A stretch of 64,000 nt of DNA from Gammaproteobacteria bacterium (lineage in GTDB: Bacteria; Pseudomonadota; Gammaproteobacteria; SZUA-229), in contig JABDRN010000080.1 of NCBI GenBank assembly GCA_013041745.1, forward strand, positions 11,198 to 75,197, given 5' to 3'. Below, in pieces: positions 42,504-51,641 of this stretch. Made by a program: the position numbers and the translations under genes. How positions within the stretch are numbered: position 1 is the stretch's first letter; each line of letters opens with the position of its first letter. The notes below the pieces were generated by a model. The model had not been told where the DNA came from. It saw nothing but the letters and a program-made list of their open reading frames with translations, and did no database searches.

Positions 42504-43880
42504 ATGGCAAATAGTGACAAGAATAAATTATCAAGACGACATTTCCTCAAGGCAGGCGCTGCAGCAGGGGCGTTTTCCGGAATATCCGTGCCGCTTCAGG
42601 CAGCTGCTGCAAAAGATACTGCTGAAGATAAAGCGAATGAACTACCCTTTGCCATAAGGAAACTGCTGAATGCAGCGACATTACCAAAAGCCGATGGAGC
42701 ACGTGTGGTTATAGTCGGCGGCGGCTGGTCAGGTCTGACCATGGCAAAATACCTCAAGATTCATAATCCGGCTTTTGATGTCGTGCTCATCGATAAGCGT
42801 CCCGAGTTTATCTCATTTCCTGCCAGCAACTCGTGGCTCGCTAACCAGGTCAATCTCGATTTTTTAACACACAGTTATATCGATGCTGCCAGAACCCATG
42901 ACTATTATTTTTTAAATACCACCGTACTAGGCTTTGATCGTGAGGTAAAAAAAGTCTTTACCAGCAATGGGTTCATCAATTATGACTACATGGTACTGGC
43001 GCCAGGTATCGAGTATGACTATAGCCGTATAGGGGTTGATGACCCCGCAGACCAGGCACGCCTGTATAACAATTACCCCGGCGGTTTCGTCAACAGTTCT
43101 GAACTGATCACCATCAAAAGAAAATTGAACACCTTCAAGGGCGGTACTTTTGTACTGAATGTGCCAAATGGAGAATACCGATGCACTGCCGCACCTTATG
43201 AACGTGCCTGCATGGCAGCCGCGATCTTCAAGCAACGAAGAATCAAGGCAAAGATACTGCTGCTCGATATGAACGCTGATATCCGCATTAAAAAACAGGG
43301 CTTCGAAAAAGCTTTTTCCAGCCTGTACGGTGACTATATCAGTTATCTACCAAGCTCTGAGATATCCCAGATAGACATCGATGAGAAAACCGTGAGCACA
43401 GATTTTGACGACTATACGTTTGACGATGCCATCATCTATCCGCCGGTACGCGCATCCTCTTTACTGGAAGATGCCGGTATCGCCAACATGAAGACGGCAC
43501 AAAAAATCGCCAATACCGACCCTTATAAATACCATGTCATCGGTGATGAATACGTCTATGTTACCGGTGACTCCAGGTCACAACCATTCTCCAAAGGTGG
43601 ACACACGGCAAACTCAGAAGCACAGTATGTCGCAGAGGTTATCGCCGCTCATGCGCTGGGCAAAGAGGCCAGGTGGCGCAGCCCGCAGACCATGTGTTTC
43701 TCAGCGGTCGATATCAATCCGCTACAAGCGATGAGCATTATCACCTTCTATAAATTCAACAAACAGAGCAAAGAGTTCGAGTTTGACCGCACCCATATGA
43801 TGGAGGACTGGAACAGTGAAGGCGGACAGGCCAGCCTGGCATGGGCGGAAGGCATGTATCGGGATATGTTTTACAGGTAA
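42504..43880 (+). CDS. fccB: Flavocytochrome c sulfide dehydrogenase flavoprotein subunit-like (FccB/SoxF-like) FAD oxidoreductase
   Basis: 458 aa. Tat signal SRRHFLKAGAAAG, FAD fold VVIVGGGWSGLTMAKYL, and YRCTAAPYERACMAAAIF, which matches the FRCPPGPYERA redox-cysteine region of FccB as I remember it. Follows a dihaem cytochrome gene. Confidence 0.75.
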   Translation: MANSDKNKLSRRHFLKAGAAAGAFSGISVPLQAAAAKDTAEDKANELPFAIRKLLNAATLPKADGARVVIVGGGWSGLTMAKYLKIHNPAFDVVLIDKRPEFISFPASNSWLANQVNLDFLTHSYIDAARTHDYYFLNTTVLGFDREVKKVFTSNGFINYDYMVLAPGIEYDYSRIGVDDPADQARLYNNYPGGFVNSSELITIKRKLNTFKGGTFVLNVPNGEYRCTAAPYERACMAAAIFKQRRIKAKILLLDMNADIRIKKQGFEKAFSSLYGDYISYLPSSEISQIDIDEKTVSTDFDDYTFDDAIIYPPVRASSLLEDAGIANMKTAQKIANTDPYKYHVIGDEYVYVTGDSRSQPFSKGGHTANSEAQYVAEVIAAHALGKEARWRSPQTMCFSAVDINPLQAMSIITFYKFNKQSKEFEFDRTHMMEDWNSEGGQASLAWAEGMYRDMFYR

Positions 43881-43948
43881 AGCCGCTAGCGCATGTCTTA
43901 CAACATAACGATAATGATTTAGCAAAATGGATTTAAAATATACCAACA

Positions 43949-44815
43949 ATGCCTGATGACTTTCAAATCACAATAACCGGCTGTGGTCATATCGGAAAAT
44001 TGCTGGCGCAACAGCTGTTGAAAAAAGAGTTTCGCGTTACAGGTCATGTCAGCAGCGACTCCAGCGTGGCCGAGTGCAGCAGCAGGAACATACCTTGTGA
44101 AATTATCGACCTGGATAAACCACTCGCTGATATCGATCTGAGCGGTCACCGTGTCATCTACCTGGCACCACCGCCACGCAGCGGAAAATCAGATTCGCGC
44201 ATGACCAATTATCTACAGGCCATCGCGAGTCATCCTCCTGAGAAGTTCGTACTGATCAGTACCACAGGTGTCTATGGTGACTGCCAGGGTGCATGGATCG
44301 ACGAATCTACTCCATTGAAGCCTGTCGCAGACCGGGCTTTTCGTCGCGCAGATGCAGAAAGGCAGGTACAGCAATATTGTCAGCGACTTGATATTCCACT
44401 GCTGATCCTGCGTGTACCCGGCATCTATGGGCCCGGTAAAATACCACTGGCACGAATCAAAAGCGGTCAACCTATCGTCAATGCAGAGGACTCGCCGTTC
44501 ACCAACCGGATCCATAGTGCAGACCTGGTCGATGTCTGCGAACGAGGATTACTGCATAGCGAGATCACCGGCATCTATAATGTGACTGATGGAAACCCCG
44601 GTACCATGCATGAATACTTCACCGGTGTAGCAGCGGCAATGAACCTGCCAGCACCGCCTGCCATCTCCCTGCAGGAGGCCCAACAGCAACTATCAGAGGG
44701 CATGCTCTCCTATATGGCAGAGTCCAGGCGCATCAATAATAAGAAATTACTTGAAGACTTTAAAATCGCCCTGAAATACCCTCGATTACAGGACGGGCTG
44801 AAACACCTGAGCTGA
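43949..44815 (+). CDS. NAD-dependent epimerase/dehydratase (SDR) family protein
   Basis: 288 aa. Rossmann motif ITITGCGHIGKLL, and later YG..K. Confidence 0.75.
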   Translation: MPDDFQITITGCGHIGKLLAQQLLKKEFRVTGHVSSDSSVAECSSRNIPCEIIDLDKPLADIDLSGHRVIYLAPPPRSGKSDSRMTNYLQAIASHPPEKFVLISTTGVYGDCQGAWIDESTPLKPVADRAFRRADAERQVQQYCQRLDIPLLILRVPGIYGPGKIPLARIKSGQPIVNAEDSPFTNRIHSADLVDVCERGLLHSEITGIYNVTDGNPGTMHEYFTGVAAAMNLPAPPAISLQEAQQQLSEGMLSYMAESRRINNKKLLEDFKIALKYPRLQDGLKHLS

Positions 44816-44899
44816 GATAATAAACAACAGGCTAACTAAATAAATCAGAGGTTTAACCTAGTAAAATATCAGCACATACATATTGAACATGCACACCTG

Positions 44900-45445
44900 T
44901 CAATGAATTGCCAACCTGCTCCTGTCTTCAATTTCGCGGTATAAACGCTCATAGTCTTGCCGGGTCCGCCTGCCATACAAGGGTTCATCGAGTACAGGGA
45001 CTGCAGAATGAAGCTTCTTCCAGTCCTCCTTTGTCAGGACACTTTGTACCAGCGGGTATACTTCAGCTTCTTCAAGATAGATATGCTGCCGTTGTCCAGT
45101 AAGAAACTCTGACAGTTGTTGCTCGAGATCTTCCATAGAAACTGCACCGTCCGTCAACGACTCTAGAGACTTTCGTAATTTTCGTGAAATCAGTTCCAGC
45201 CGCGTATGATCGGTTATGAGTTCTTGCACGAATCCAGCATCATCTAATCGCTCAAGTAAAATCGAGAAGATCATGTCTTCTAACGGGTGATGTATTTTCT
45301 CGGGGTACTCCTGAATATACACGACGATGCTGCGCATCAAGGAGAAGTCGGGAATCTTGCCTCGGCACATATCCAGGTATTGAAGCTCCAGTAAATTCAG
45401 CTTTCTCAGAATATGATCATGTTCAAGCAGTAGTCTATTAAGCAT
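44900..45445 (-). CDS. Hemerythrin-like (HHE cation-binding) domain protein
   Basis: 181 aa helical protein with EHDHI, HHPLEDMIF and HIYLEEAEVYP His/Glu motifs. Confidence 0.72.
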   Translation of the reverse strand: MLNRLLLEHDHILRKLNLLELQYLDMCRGKIPDFSLMRSIVVYIQEYPEKIHHPLEDMIFSILLERLDDAGFVQELITDHTRLELISRKLRKSLESLTDGAVSMEDLEQQLSEFLTGQRQHIYLEEAEVYPLVQSVLTKEDWKKLHSAVPVLDEPLYGRRTRQDYERLYREIEDRSRLAIH

Positions 45446-45671
45446 AATTGTTCTCTTTTAAAAGTTAAACAAACAACCAAGCAATCCATTAGCTCATGAA
45501 CTCCCACTAAACAGTTTTAACTACACTATTAATACAGCTTAATGAAACCATGAATCAATAACGGATGTCATTGATAATAATCACTTTCGAGAAAATATCG
45601 TATGTATCTGATGCTCGAGCACTTTACATAAATAAAAAATGATCGAAACCTTCCTCAACCAATCGCTAACC

Positions 45672-46619
45672 TTAGTTAGCAGCACCAAACCAGAACGATT
45701 CATCTTTTTCCAGAAACTCCTGCCAGGACATGTAATGCGAACCGTCACAGGAGAAGGTCAGACTGATCATGCCGTTGAAGATATTAATCGAGGCAGAACG
45801 CAGGTAGAACGTTTCATCGGTGAAACGCAGTTTCTTCATCGCTCTGATGATCGATGGAATACGATTACGCGGGATAAGCGCTTCATCCGGATACGCCTGC
45901 GCCGGATAAAGCAGGCAGACATCAGGATCACTCAGTGCTTCTGAATCAAGCAGCCGGTAACGAAACGGATCACTCTCGAACCAGACGGTCGCCCTGCTGC
46001 TGGAAAAATGGATCACGCATTGAAACATGCCACGATCCATCATGAGCTCTTCGATGATGGCAGAAGCGACGTCGATCTCTTTATCCATCGGACTTTCGAT
46101 ACGGCGCTGCAGAAAGACACTGCTACGGATTGCAGGATCACCTTTGATCTGCCGCCACTCCTCCGATTCCTCATAGAGTTCGGAAGTGACCGGCAGGTCG
46201 CGCAGGTCGAAATCGACGCCGAGATAACCCAGCACCTCATCACCGTGGCGTACGATCTGCAGGGCTGTAATCGATGGCCGGGTAGCCCGCAGACTGAGGT
46301 ACGCGTCGGAGAGTAGAAAACCCCAGGAAGGCACTGCCTCTCGCATGTATGGCCGAGTAGAACGATCACGACCATAATGCTCCGGCAGCAAACCTTTACG
46401 GCTAACATTGTCGGAAATCTGAAGACCGTTAGTATCAAGCACATACATGAACAAACTGTCAGGTACCGTCTCAAAGCTCCTGAGCAGGACATCATCCAGC
46501 CTTTCCCGATCTCCCCATGCGGGCTCGCAGCTTTCCGCAATACTTGCCAGCGGCTGAGACAATCGCTCTGCAAGTGCTACTCGTTGACGCTGTACCGCAT
46601 CCTTCCAGGTTTCTTTCAT
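45672..46619 (-). CDS. Cytoplasmic PDC/Cache-like sensor-domain protein with an unknown C-terminal domain
   Basis: 315 aa with no signal peptide or TM helix. The region FMYVLDTNGLQISDNV..GRDRSTRPYMREA..LSDAYLS..TRPSITALQIV..LGYLGVDFDL resembles single-Cache/PDC ligand-binding folds. Confidence 0.6.
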   Translation of the reverse strand: MKETWKDAVQRQRVALAERLSQPLASIAESCEPAWGDRERLDDVLLRSFETVPDSLFMYVLDTNGLQISDNVSRKGLLPEHYGRDRSTRPYMREAVPSWGFLLSDAYLSLRATRPSITALQIVRHGDEVLGYLGVDFDLRDLPVTSELYEESEEWRQIKGDPAIRSSVFLQRRIESPMDKEIDVASAIIEELMMDRGMFQCVIHFSSSRATVWFESDPFRYRLLDSEALSDPDVCLLYPAQAYPDEALIPRNRIPSIIRAMKKLRFTDETFYLRSASINIFNGMISLTFSCDGSHYMSWQEFLEKDESFWFGAAN

Positions 46620-46718
46620 CTAAATTTTACACATCAGGTTTTTCGTTGAATTGTATACAACTTTAAGCTGATACAACAGATAGCGTCCTACAAACAGCAG
46701 ATTTTCATCAAGGGGAAT

Positions 46719-47870
46719 CTACCCTAGCTGTGGAAACAAGGCTCTTCGCAGGGGTTTTATCGCCAGCAAGATCAAGATAAAGGCGCTTGCCCAGGAGACT
46801 GCATCAGGCAGCATCGCATGTGCATGCCCCAGGCTGGCTTCGACCTGCCAGCCCTGTAGCTTTATCAGCCACTCGAGTAACAACCCCATCATCAGGCTGA
46901 ATAAAGAGAGACCCAATAGATACATAACCGTTACTCTTAATCCCAGCTCCTGCTTGATTAAAGCAAAGCTGGCGATATTGGTTGCAGGACCCACCAGCAG
47001 GAAAACCAGTACTGCGCCGGGAGAAACACCGGCCAGTAAAAGCCCGGCGGCAACCGGGGTCGATGCTACTGCGCAGATATACATGGGAACACCGACCACC
47101 AGCATCACCAGCATCGCAGTCAACCCCCCTCCCCATTGCGCCAGCCAGTCTGGCGGGATAAAGCTGAGCATGATGCCTGCCAGCACGATACCGAACGCCA
47201 GCCATTTCGATATATCATCCAGTAATTCAGCGCCAGCATAAGATAGTACCTGTATCAATTTATTCTTTGATCGCACATCCGGACGACCTTCTGAACAAGA
47301 CGATGACTCAGCGGTTTCTGCAGAGCAGCAGGATGGGTTGCCGACAACTGCTTTCGGTTCAGATTCACAACAAGAAGAAACAACCGCTTTCGCCTCTTGC
47401 CGCGTTGAACTGCAGCAGCCTGTTTCTATAGCCACTGATGGTGTTATTGTTTCTGTTGCTTTATCGTCAACAACCAGAGTAGTCAGCAAACCTGTACCGA
47501 CAGCATTCACCAATGCCGCGAACGGACGAAAGATGGCCATCACCGGCCCCATCAATGCATAAGTAACAGCGACGGAATCTATGCTGGTCTCAGGGGTGGA
47601 AATCAAGAATGATACGGTGGCTTCTTTTGACGCACCGGCGCGGCGCATACCGATCGCTGCCGGCAACACACCACAGGAGCATAATGGCAGAGGTGCGCCG
47701 AATAATGCGGCACGTAATATGGCACTGATACCATGACCACCGACCCAGCGTTTCATGGTATCTTCAGAGATAAATGATTTGATCAGGCCCGCTGCCAGCA
47801 GGCCCACCAATAGCCAGAATGCGGTGTCGAGAAAAACCAGCCAGATATTATTGAGTACGTTGAAGACCAT
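46719..47870 (-). CDS. DUF318/ArsP-type permease with a Cys-rich central loop (SO_0444-type Cu/Zn efflux family, from memory)
   Basis: 383 aa. The LPLCSCGVLP motif is in TM2. The central loop is ETGCCSSTRQEA..SSCCESEP..PSCCSAETAESSSCSEG. The second half repeats the permease fold. Confidence 0.8.
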   Translation of the reverse strand: MVFNVLNNIWLVFLDTAFWLLVGLLAAGLIKSFISEDTMKRWVGGHGISAILRAALFGAPLPLCSCGVLPAAIGMRRAGASKEATVSFLISTPETSIDSVAVTYALMGPVMAIFRPFAALVNAVGTGLLTTLVVDDKATETITPSVAIETGCCSSTRQEAKAVVSSCCESEPKAVVGNPSCCSAETAESSSCSEGRPDVRSKNKLIQVLSYAGAELLDDISKWLAFGIVLAGIMLSFIPPDWLAQWGGGLTAMLVMLVVGVPMYICAVASTPVAAGLLLAGVSPGAVLVFLLVGPATNIASFALIKQELGLRVTVMYLLGLSLFSLMMGLLLEWLIKLQGWQVEASLGHAHAMLPDAVSWASAFILILLAIKPLRRALFPQLG

Positions 47871-48080
47871 TCGTATATCATGGCATCAAAGGCTAAGATG
47901 CTGCAAGTTTCAATATCAGCCGATATCCTCAACATGTTATTGCTATGAATTGACTGGGCGAGAATATTTCAAAAATAGACGGCAAGTAATAATCTAGTCA
48001 TAACCCAACAAATATTGTATTTCTATACTGGATAGACAAAACTAACCACACTAACCCTGACTAACAAAGATGACTGAAAA

Positions 48081-48611
48081 ATGCTAAATATGCTTCATGT
48101 ACTTGCCGTTGTCACGAGCATGCAGGCCATGCTACCGATCACCGTAAAAACGCCCGAACTGGAGATCAGCTTCATGCCGCGGACACCTGATCAACTGGGT
48201 TCATTTTATGAAGCACGCGGTTTTCCAAAAGAGATGCGCGACATACTCAGCAAGCAATGCTTCATCACCGTCGGCATAACGAATACCAGCAAGGAGAAGA
48301 TCTGGCATGACTTATCAAACTGGCAGTTCTCTACGGCAGGCAAGCCCATCAAGCGGCAACACCGTGACTACTGGAAAAAACGCTGGCAGGACATGGGCGT
48401 ACCATTAAGTAAACAATCGACCTTTCGCTGGACCCTGATCCCTGAAGCGCTGGATTACCTGCCCGATGAGCATGAAGGCGGTAACATCATCCTGCCTGTT
48501 ACCGATCAGCCCATCACTCTGAATGCTATATTTGCCACGGGTGATAACAAGCAGGGTAAAAAGATCACCATACATACTGACAAACTTTTCTGCGCCGAGG
48601 ATCCACAATGA
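48081..48611 (+). CDS. Hypothetical, probably periplasmic protein
   Basis: 176 aa with a signal-like N-terminus (MLHVLAVVTSMQA). Its stop overlaps the start of the thioredoxin-like gene (ATGA at 48608). No family recognised. Confidence 0.6.
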   Translation: MLNMLHVLAVVTSMQAMLPITVKTPELEISFMPRTPDQLGSFYEARGFPKEMRDILSKQCFITVGITNTSKEKIWHDLSNWQFSTAGKPIKRQHRDYWKKRWQDMGVPLSKQSTFRWTLIPEALDYLPDEHEGGNIILPVTDQPITLNAIFATGDNKQGKKITIHTDKLFCAEDPQ

Positions 48612-49171
48612 AAACGCCATCAAAGTTTTTCAGGACATTGATACTGGCACTTACTATATGCATGACCGGGTTTTCTTTCGCTGACGAGACTAGCGATATT
48701 ACGAGTGGTATAAAAGTACCATTTGGCATTCGGCACTATGATATCGGCATTGCACAGAATTTCACATCGAATGATATCGATGGCGAAGAGTTTGAACTGG
48801 AAGACGCCAGGGGACGTTGGATCTTCCTGCATTTCTGGGCGAGCTGGTGTGGCCCCTGTAAAGAAGAGATGCCGGCGATACAGCAATTAGCAGATGCCTT
48901 TACTGGTGACAGTTTTCAGATCGTGATGATCAATACCGCCGAAGACGAGGACACTGTATTTGAGTTTTTAGCTAGTATCGGTGTCGAGCTAAACAGCCTG
49001 ATGGACGTCGATGGCCAGGTCACCGAAGCCTGGAAACCACGCGGATTGCCCACTACTTTTTTGATTAATCCGGCGGGTGAAGTGAAATACCAGGCGATCG
49101 GCGGACGTGACTGGAGCAAACCTGAGTACATCGGATTTATTGAAAAGCTTATCTCTCTTTCAGAAAAATAA
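48608..49171 (+). CDS. TlpA/ResA-like periplasmic thiol:disulfide oxidoreductase
   Basis: 187 aa. Signal peptide ..CMTGFSFA, and WASWCGPCKEEMP (CxxC thioredoxin active site). Confidence 0.88.
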   Translation: MKTPSKFFRTLILALTICMTGFSFADETSDITSGIKVPFGIRHYDIGIAQNFTSNDIDGEEFELEDARGRWIFLHFWASWCGPCKEEMPAIQQLADAFTGDSFQIVMINTAEDEDTVFEFLASIGVELNSLMDVDGQVTEAWKPRGLPTTFLINPAGEVKYQAIGGRDWSKPEYIGFIEKLISLSEK

Positions 49172-49198
49172 CGTTAATAAGATTCCTAATATATCTGT

Positions 49199-49260
49199 CA
49201 TCTCGACGGTAGGAGATATCTTGTACGCTGCAGTATCTGATCTCTCCTATCGTCGAGATG
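49199..49260. other. Long imperfect inverted repeat (18-bp arms) between convergent genes
   Basis: CATCTCGACGGTAGGAGA (49199-49216) and TCTCCTATCGTCGAGATG (49243-49260). There is one mismatch, which would be a G:U pair in RNA. The loop is 26 nt. Confidence 0.7.
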
Positions 49261-49406
49261 GCAAGCATCGATGGAACAATTCTGGACACTGTAATCTTTT
49301 CTATATTGCAGCATTAATTATCCTGTCGGGCATCGCGGTTTGCAGAACCGCTGCTATGCGATGGTCATGTCTGTTGGAGCGACTTGGTGAATCGCGATTA
49401 CAACAG

Positions 49407-50450
49407 CTAGTTGAACAGCATCTCAAAATAAACCTTGCCTGTCCTATCATCAAGGTTTCTGACTATCTGGTATTCAGCATGTACATCTAGGTTGCCAGCG
49501 TCAATCTGCGGCTTGCTGACTTCAACGCCCCACATCGGGTTGATCTTGTTGGGCAGGAATGAGTAGCGCACATCCATGATCAGGTTCGGGTTCCTCGTGC
49601 TAACAGCCAGAAAACCATCGGAGAACCAGCGGAACCGCTCAATATCTACTGCCTGCTGACTGTTTTCAGGCAACCAGGGAAAGTCGCGTTCGACATCCAG
49701 CTTCTGAATCGATGTACCCGTGATGTATTTCGTATCCCATAACAGCCTGACCGCGTCCACGTAATAGCGACCGTCATATTCATAGATCATCTTCCACAGG
49801 TGACGGTTGGCAAAACCCGGTTTCAGATGCATGCGTTCAATCTGATGGCCCCGCTGCTGTGCCAGTGCAGAGACCGCCTGTTCTGCACGCTGATACTGAA
49901 AAAGACCCAGGCATAAAAAAACTACGGCATAAATAAAAGCGATCCGCGCATAGCGGACATTCTTGCGATACACCGCCAGTGCAATAAAAAAGATAACTGG
50001 CAGGGTAAAAAGTGGATCGATGATCGATACGATATTCCAGGCAAAACGTTCATTGGAGAACGGCCAGAACAATTGCGTACCATAAGAGGTACAGGCATCC
50101 AGCAGGCCATGAGTGGCATACCCCAGAAAGGCGAACAGGTAGATCTGCGCGAACGAGAGCTTGGCAGCAGGCCAGCGGCCCTGCAGCCACCGCGAATGCA
50201 GTAATGCATAGAACAGCAGTGCACAGATCAGAGCACCGAACGGAATAAACACCAGCGAGTGGCTGAACTGCCGGTGATACTCCAGGAATAGAATCGGATC
50301 TTTCGATGACTGGATGAGGATATCAAGATCCGGCGCCATACCGGCAATTGCACCGATGAGCAGCGCAACAGCCTGTTTAGAACCATCCCTGGCAAAGGAT
50401 TGGGAGACGCTGGCACCGAAGCTGGCTTGTGATATGGGGTCCATTTTCAA
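49407..50450 (-). CDS. Membrane-bound metal-dependent hydrolase (YdjM/YbcI, DUF457 family)
   Basis: 347 aa. The N-terminal half is polytopic with conserved His/Asp (PDLDIL, HRQFSHSL, GYATHGLLD). The C-terminal half is soluble. Confidence 0.75.
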   Translation of the reverse strand: MKMDPISQASFGASVSQSFARDGSKQAVALLIGAIAGMAPDLDILIQSSKDPILFLEYHRQFSHSLVFIPFGALICALLFYALLHSRWLQGRWPAAKLSFAQIYLFAFLGYATHGLLDACTSYGTQLFWPFSNERFAWNIVSIIDPLFTLPVIFFIALAVYRKNVRYARIAFIYAVVFLCLGLFQYQRAEQAVSALAQQRGHQIERMHLKPGFANRHLWKMIYEYDGRYYVDAVRLLWDTKYITGTSIQKLDVERDFPWLPENSQQAVDIERFRWFSDGFLAVSTRNPNLIMDVRYSFLPNKINPMWGVEVSKPQIDAGNLDVHAEYQIVRNLDDRTGKVYFEMLFN

Positions 50451-50600
50451 TATGTACTCATCTTAGGAAGGAATTGGCCTCTCGAATCATTATCTGACTA
50501 GCTGCAGAGACGGCAGAAGTAACTATACCAAATTGATTATATTAAACGGTATATTAGATAACTATAATACACCACCGTTTTGGCCAAGCACCGATGTATC

Positions 50601-50810
50601 ATGACCGAAAAAGAATTTACCGAGATATCACTGACCATCTGCCTGACATTAGGCATCAGCTACATGCTGTTTATTGTCTATAAACTGGCAGAAGAATCTA
50701 AAGCAGGAAAATACGGCATGATGATCCTGTTTGTCGGACTGGGACTAGGCATCTTTGGTTTCGTCGCAAAATACGGAATCAAGCTGTATCTTGCCAGCCA
50801 GTTAGCTTAA
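50601..50810 (+). CDS. DUF2788-like small membrane protein
   Basis: About 70 aa from ATG 50601 (MTEKEFTEISLTICLTLGISYMLFIVY..), with two TM helices. The ORF-track start at 50580 is a TTG. Confidence 0.6.
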   Translation: MTEKEFTEISLTICLTLGISYMLFIVYKLAEESKAGKYGMMILFVGLGLGIFGFVAKYGIKLYLASQLA

Positions 50811-50850
50811 CTGGCTGTCGTACATACCAGTTACTAGTGGGCAATGCGGC

Positions 50851-51618
50851 TCAGTGGTGTGCTGGCTTCTCTTGCTGCACGCTCTGCTCATTGTGATTCA
50901 TTCCACCATGCATGGCATGATCGTGCCCGCCCATATGTCCACCGCCTAACGCTTTGCTTAATATCATCGCACCGAATGCGATCAGCAATATACCGGCAAC
51001 ATAACGTGTCCACTTGTGATGGGTAAAACGTTGCAGTTTCTCTGCAAAACCACCCATCGCTAACAGCATAGGCAGTGTTCCGATACCAAATGCCAGCATC
51101 AACATGGCACTTTTTACTGCATCTCCAGAAGTCGCTGCCAGTGCCAGCGTGCTATAAACCAGACCACAGGGTAGCCAGCCCCAGATAAAACCCATACCCA
51201 GCGCCTGAACCGGCGATTTCACCGGCATAAAGCGTCGACCGACAGGCTCGATCATTCGCCAGAGATAGCCGCCGAGCTTTTCCAGCGGCTTCATCGTCTG
51301 AAACCAACCGCCGATATAGACCCCCAGGGCGACCATGAAAACCCCACCGACGACACCACCGATGGGGAAACCTCCCATCTGAAACAGCTTACCTGCAGTG
51401 CTGCTCAACAATCCCACGATTAAACCCGCCAGCGAATAACTCAGCAGGCGTCCAGTGTTATAAGTAAGCAGATAGGGCAACAGTTTTAGCTGGGACTGCC
51501 GAGTAGACTCTGGCAAACCCATGGTCAGAGCGCCGACGATACCGCCACACATGCCTATACAATGTGTCGATCCAAGCAGCCCTATCATGAATGCTGCGGC
51601 TAAGGTTAATTCACCCAT
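50851..51618 (-). CDS. DsbD_2 / TauE-SafE-like membrane protein with a His-rich C-terminal tail
   Basis: 255 aa, about 6 TM helices. STHCIGMCGGIVGAL motif in TM1. C-terminal tail GGGHMGGHDHAMHGGMNHNE. Confidence 0.75.
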   Translation of the reverse strand: MGELTLAAAFMIGLLGSTHCIGMCGGIVGALTMGLPESTRQSQLKLLPYLLTYNTGRLLSYSLAGLIVGLLSSTAGKLFQMGGFPIGGVVGGVFMVALGVYIGGWFQTMKPLEKLGGYLWRMIEPVGRRFMPVKSPVQALGMGFIWGWLPCGLVYSTLALAATSGDAVKSAMLMLAFGIGTLPMLLAMGGFAEKLQRFTHHKWTRYVAGILLIAFGAMILSKALGGGHMGGHDHAMHGGMNHNEQSVQQEKPAHH

Positions 51619-51641
51619 TATGATATTGGTCCAGAGTTGTA

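Noticed and set aside
46040-46573. 177-aa same-strand, alternative-frame ORF inside the PDC-like gene, and a 133-aa one at 46804-47205 inside the permease gene.
   Set aside because: Their translations are rich in Arg, Cys and Ser and lack motifs. The main frames carry recognisable domain or TM patterns.
49107-49490. 127-aa plus-strand ORF bridging the ends of two convergent genes.
   Set aside because: It overlaps the 3' ends of both the TlpA-like and the hydrolase genes and spans the hairpin-rich spacer. It has no start context or motifs.
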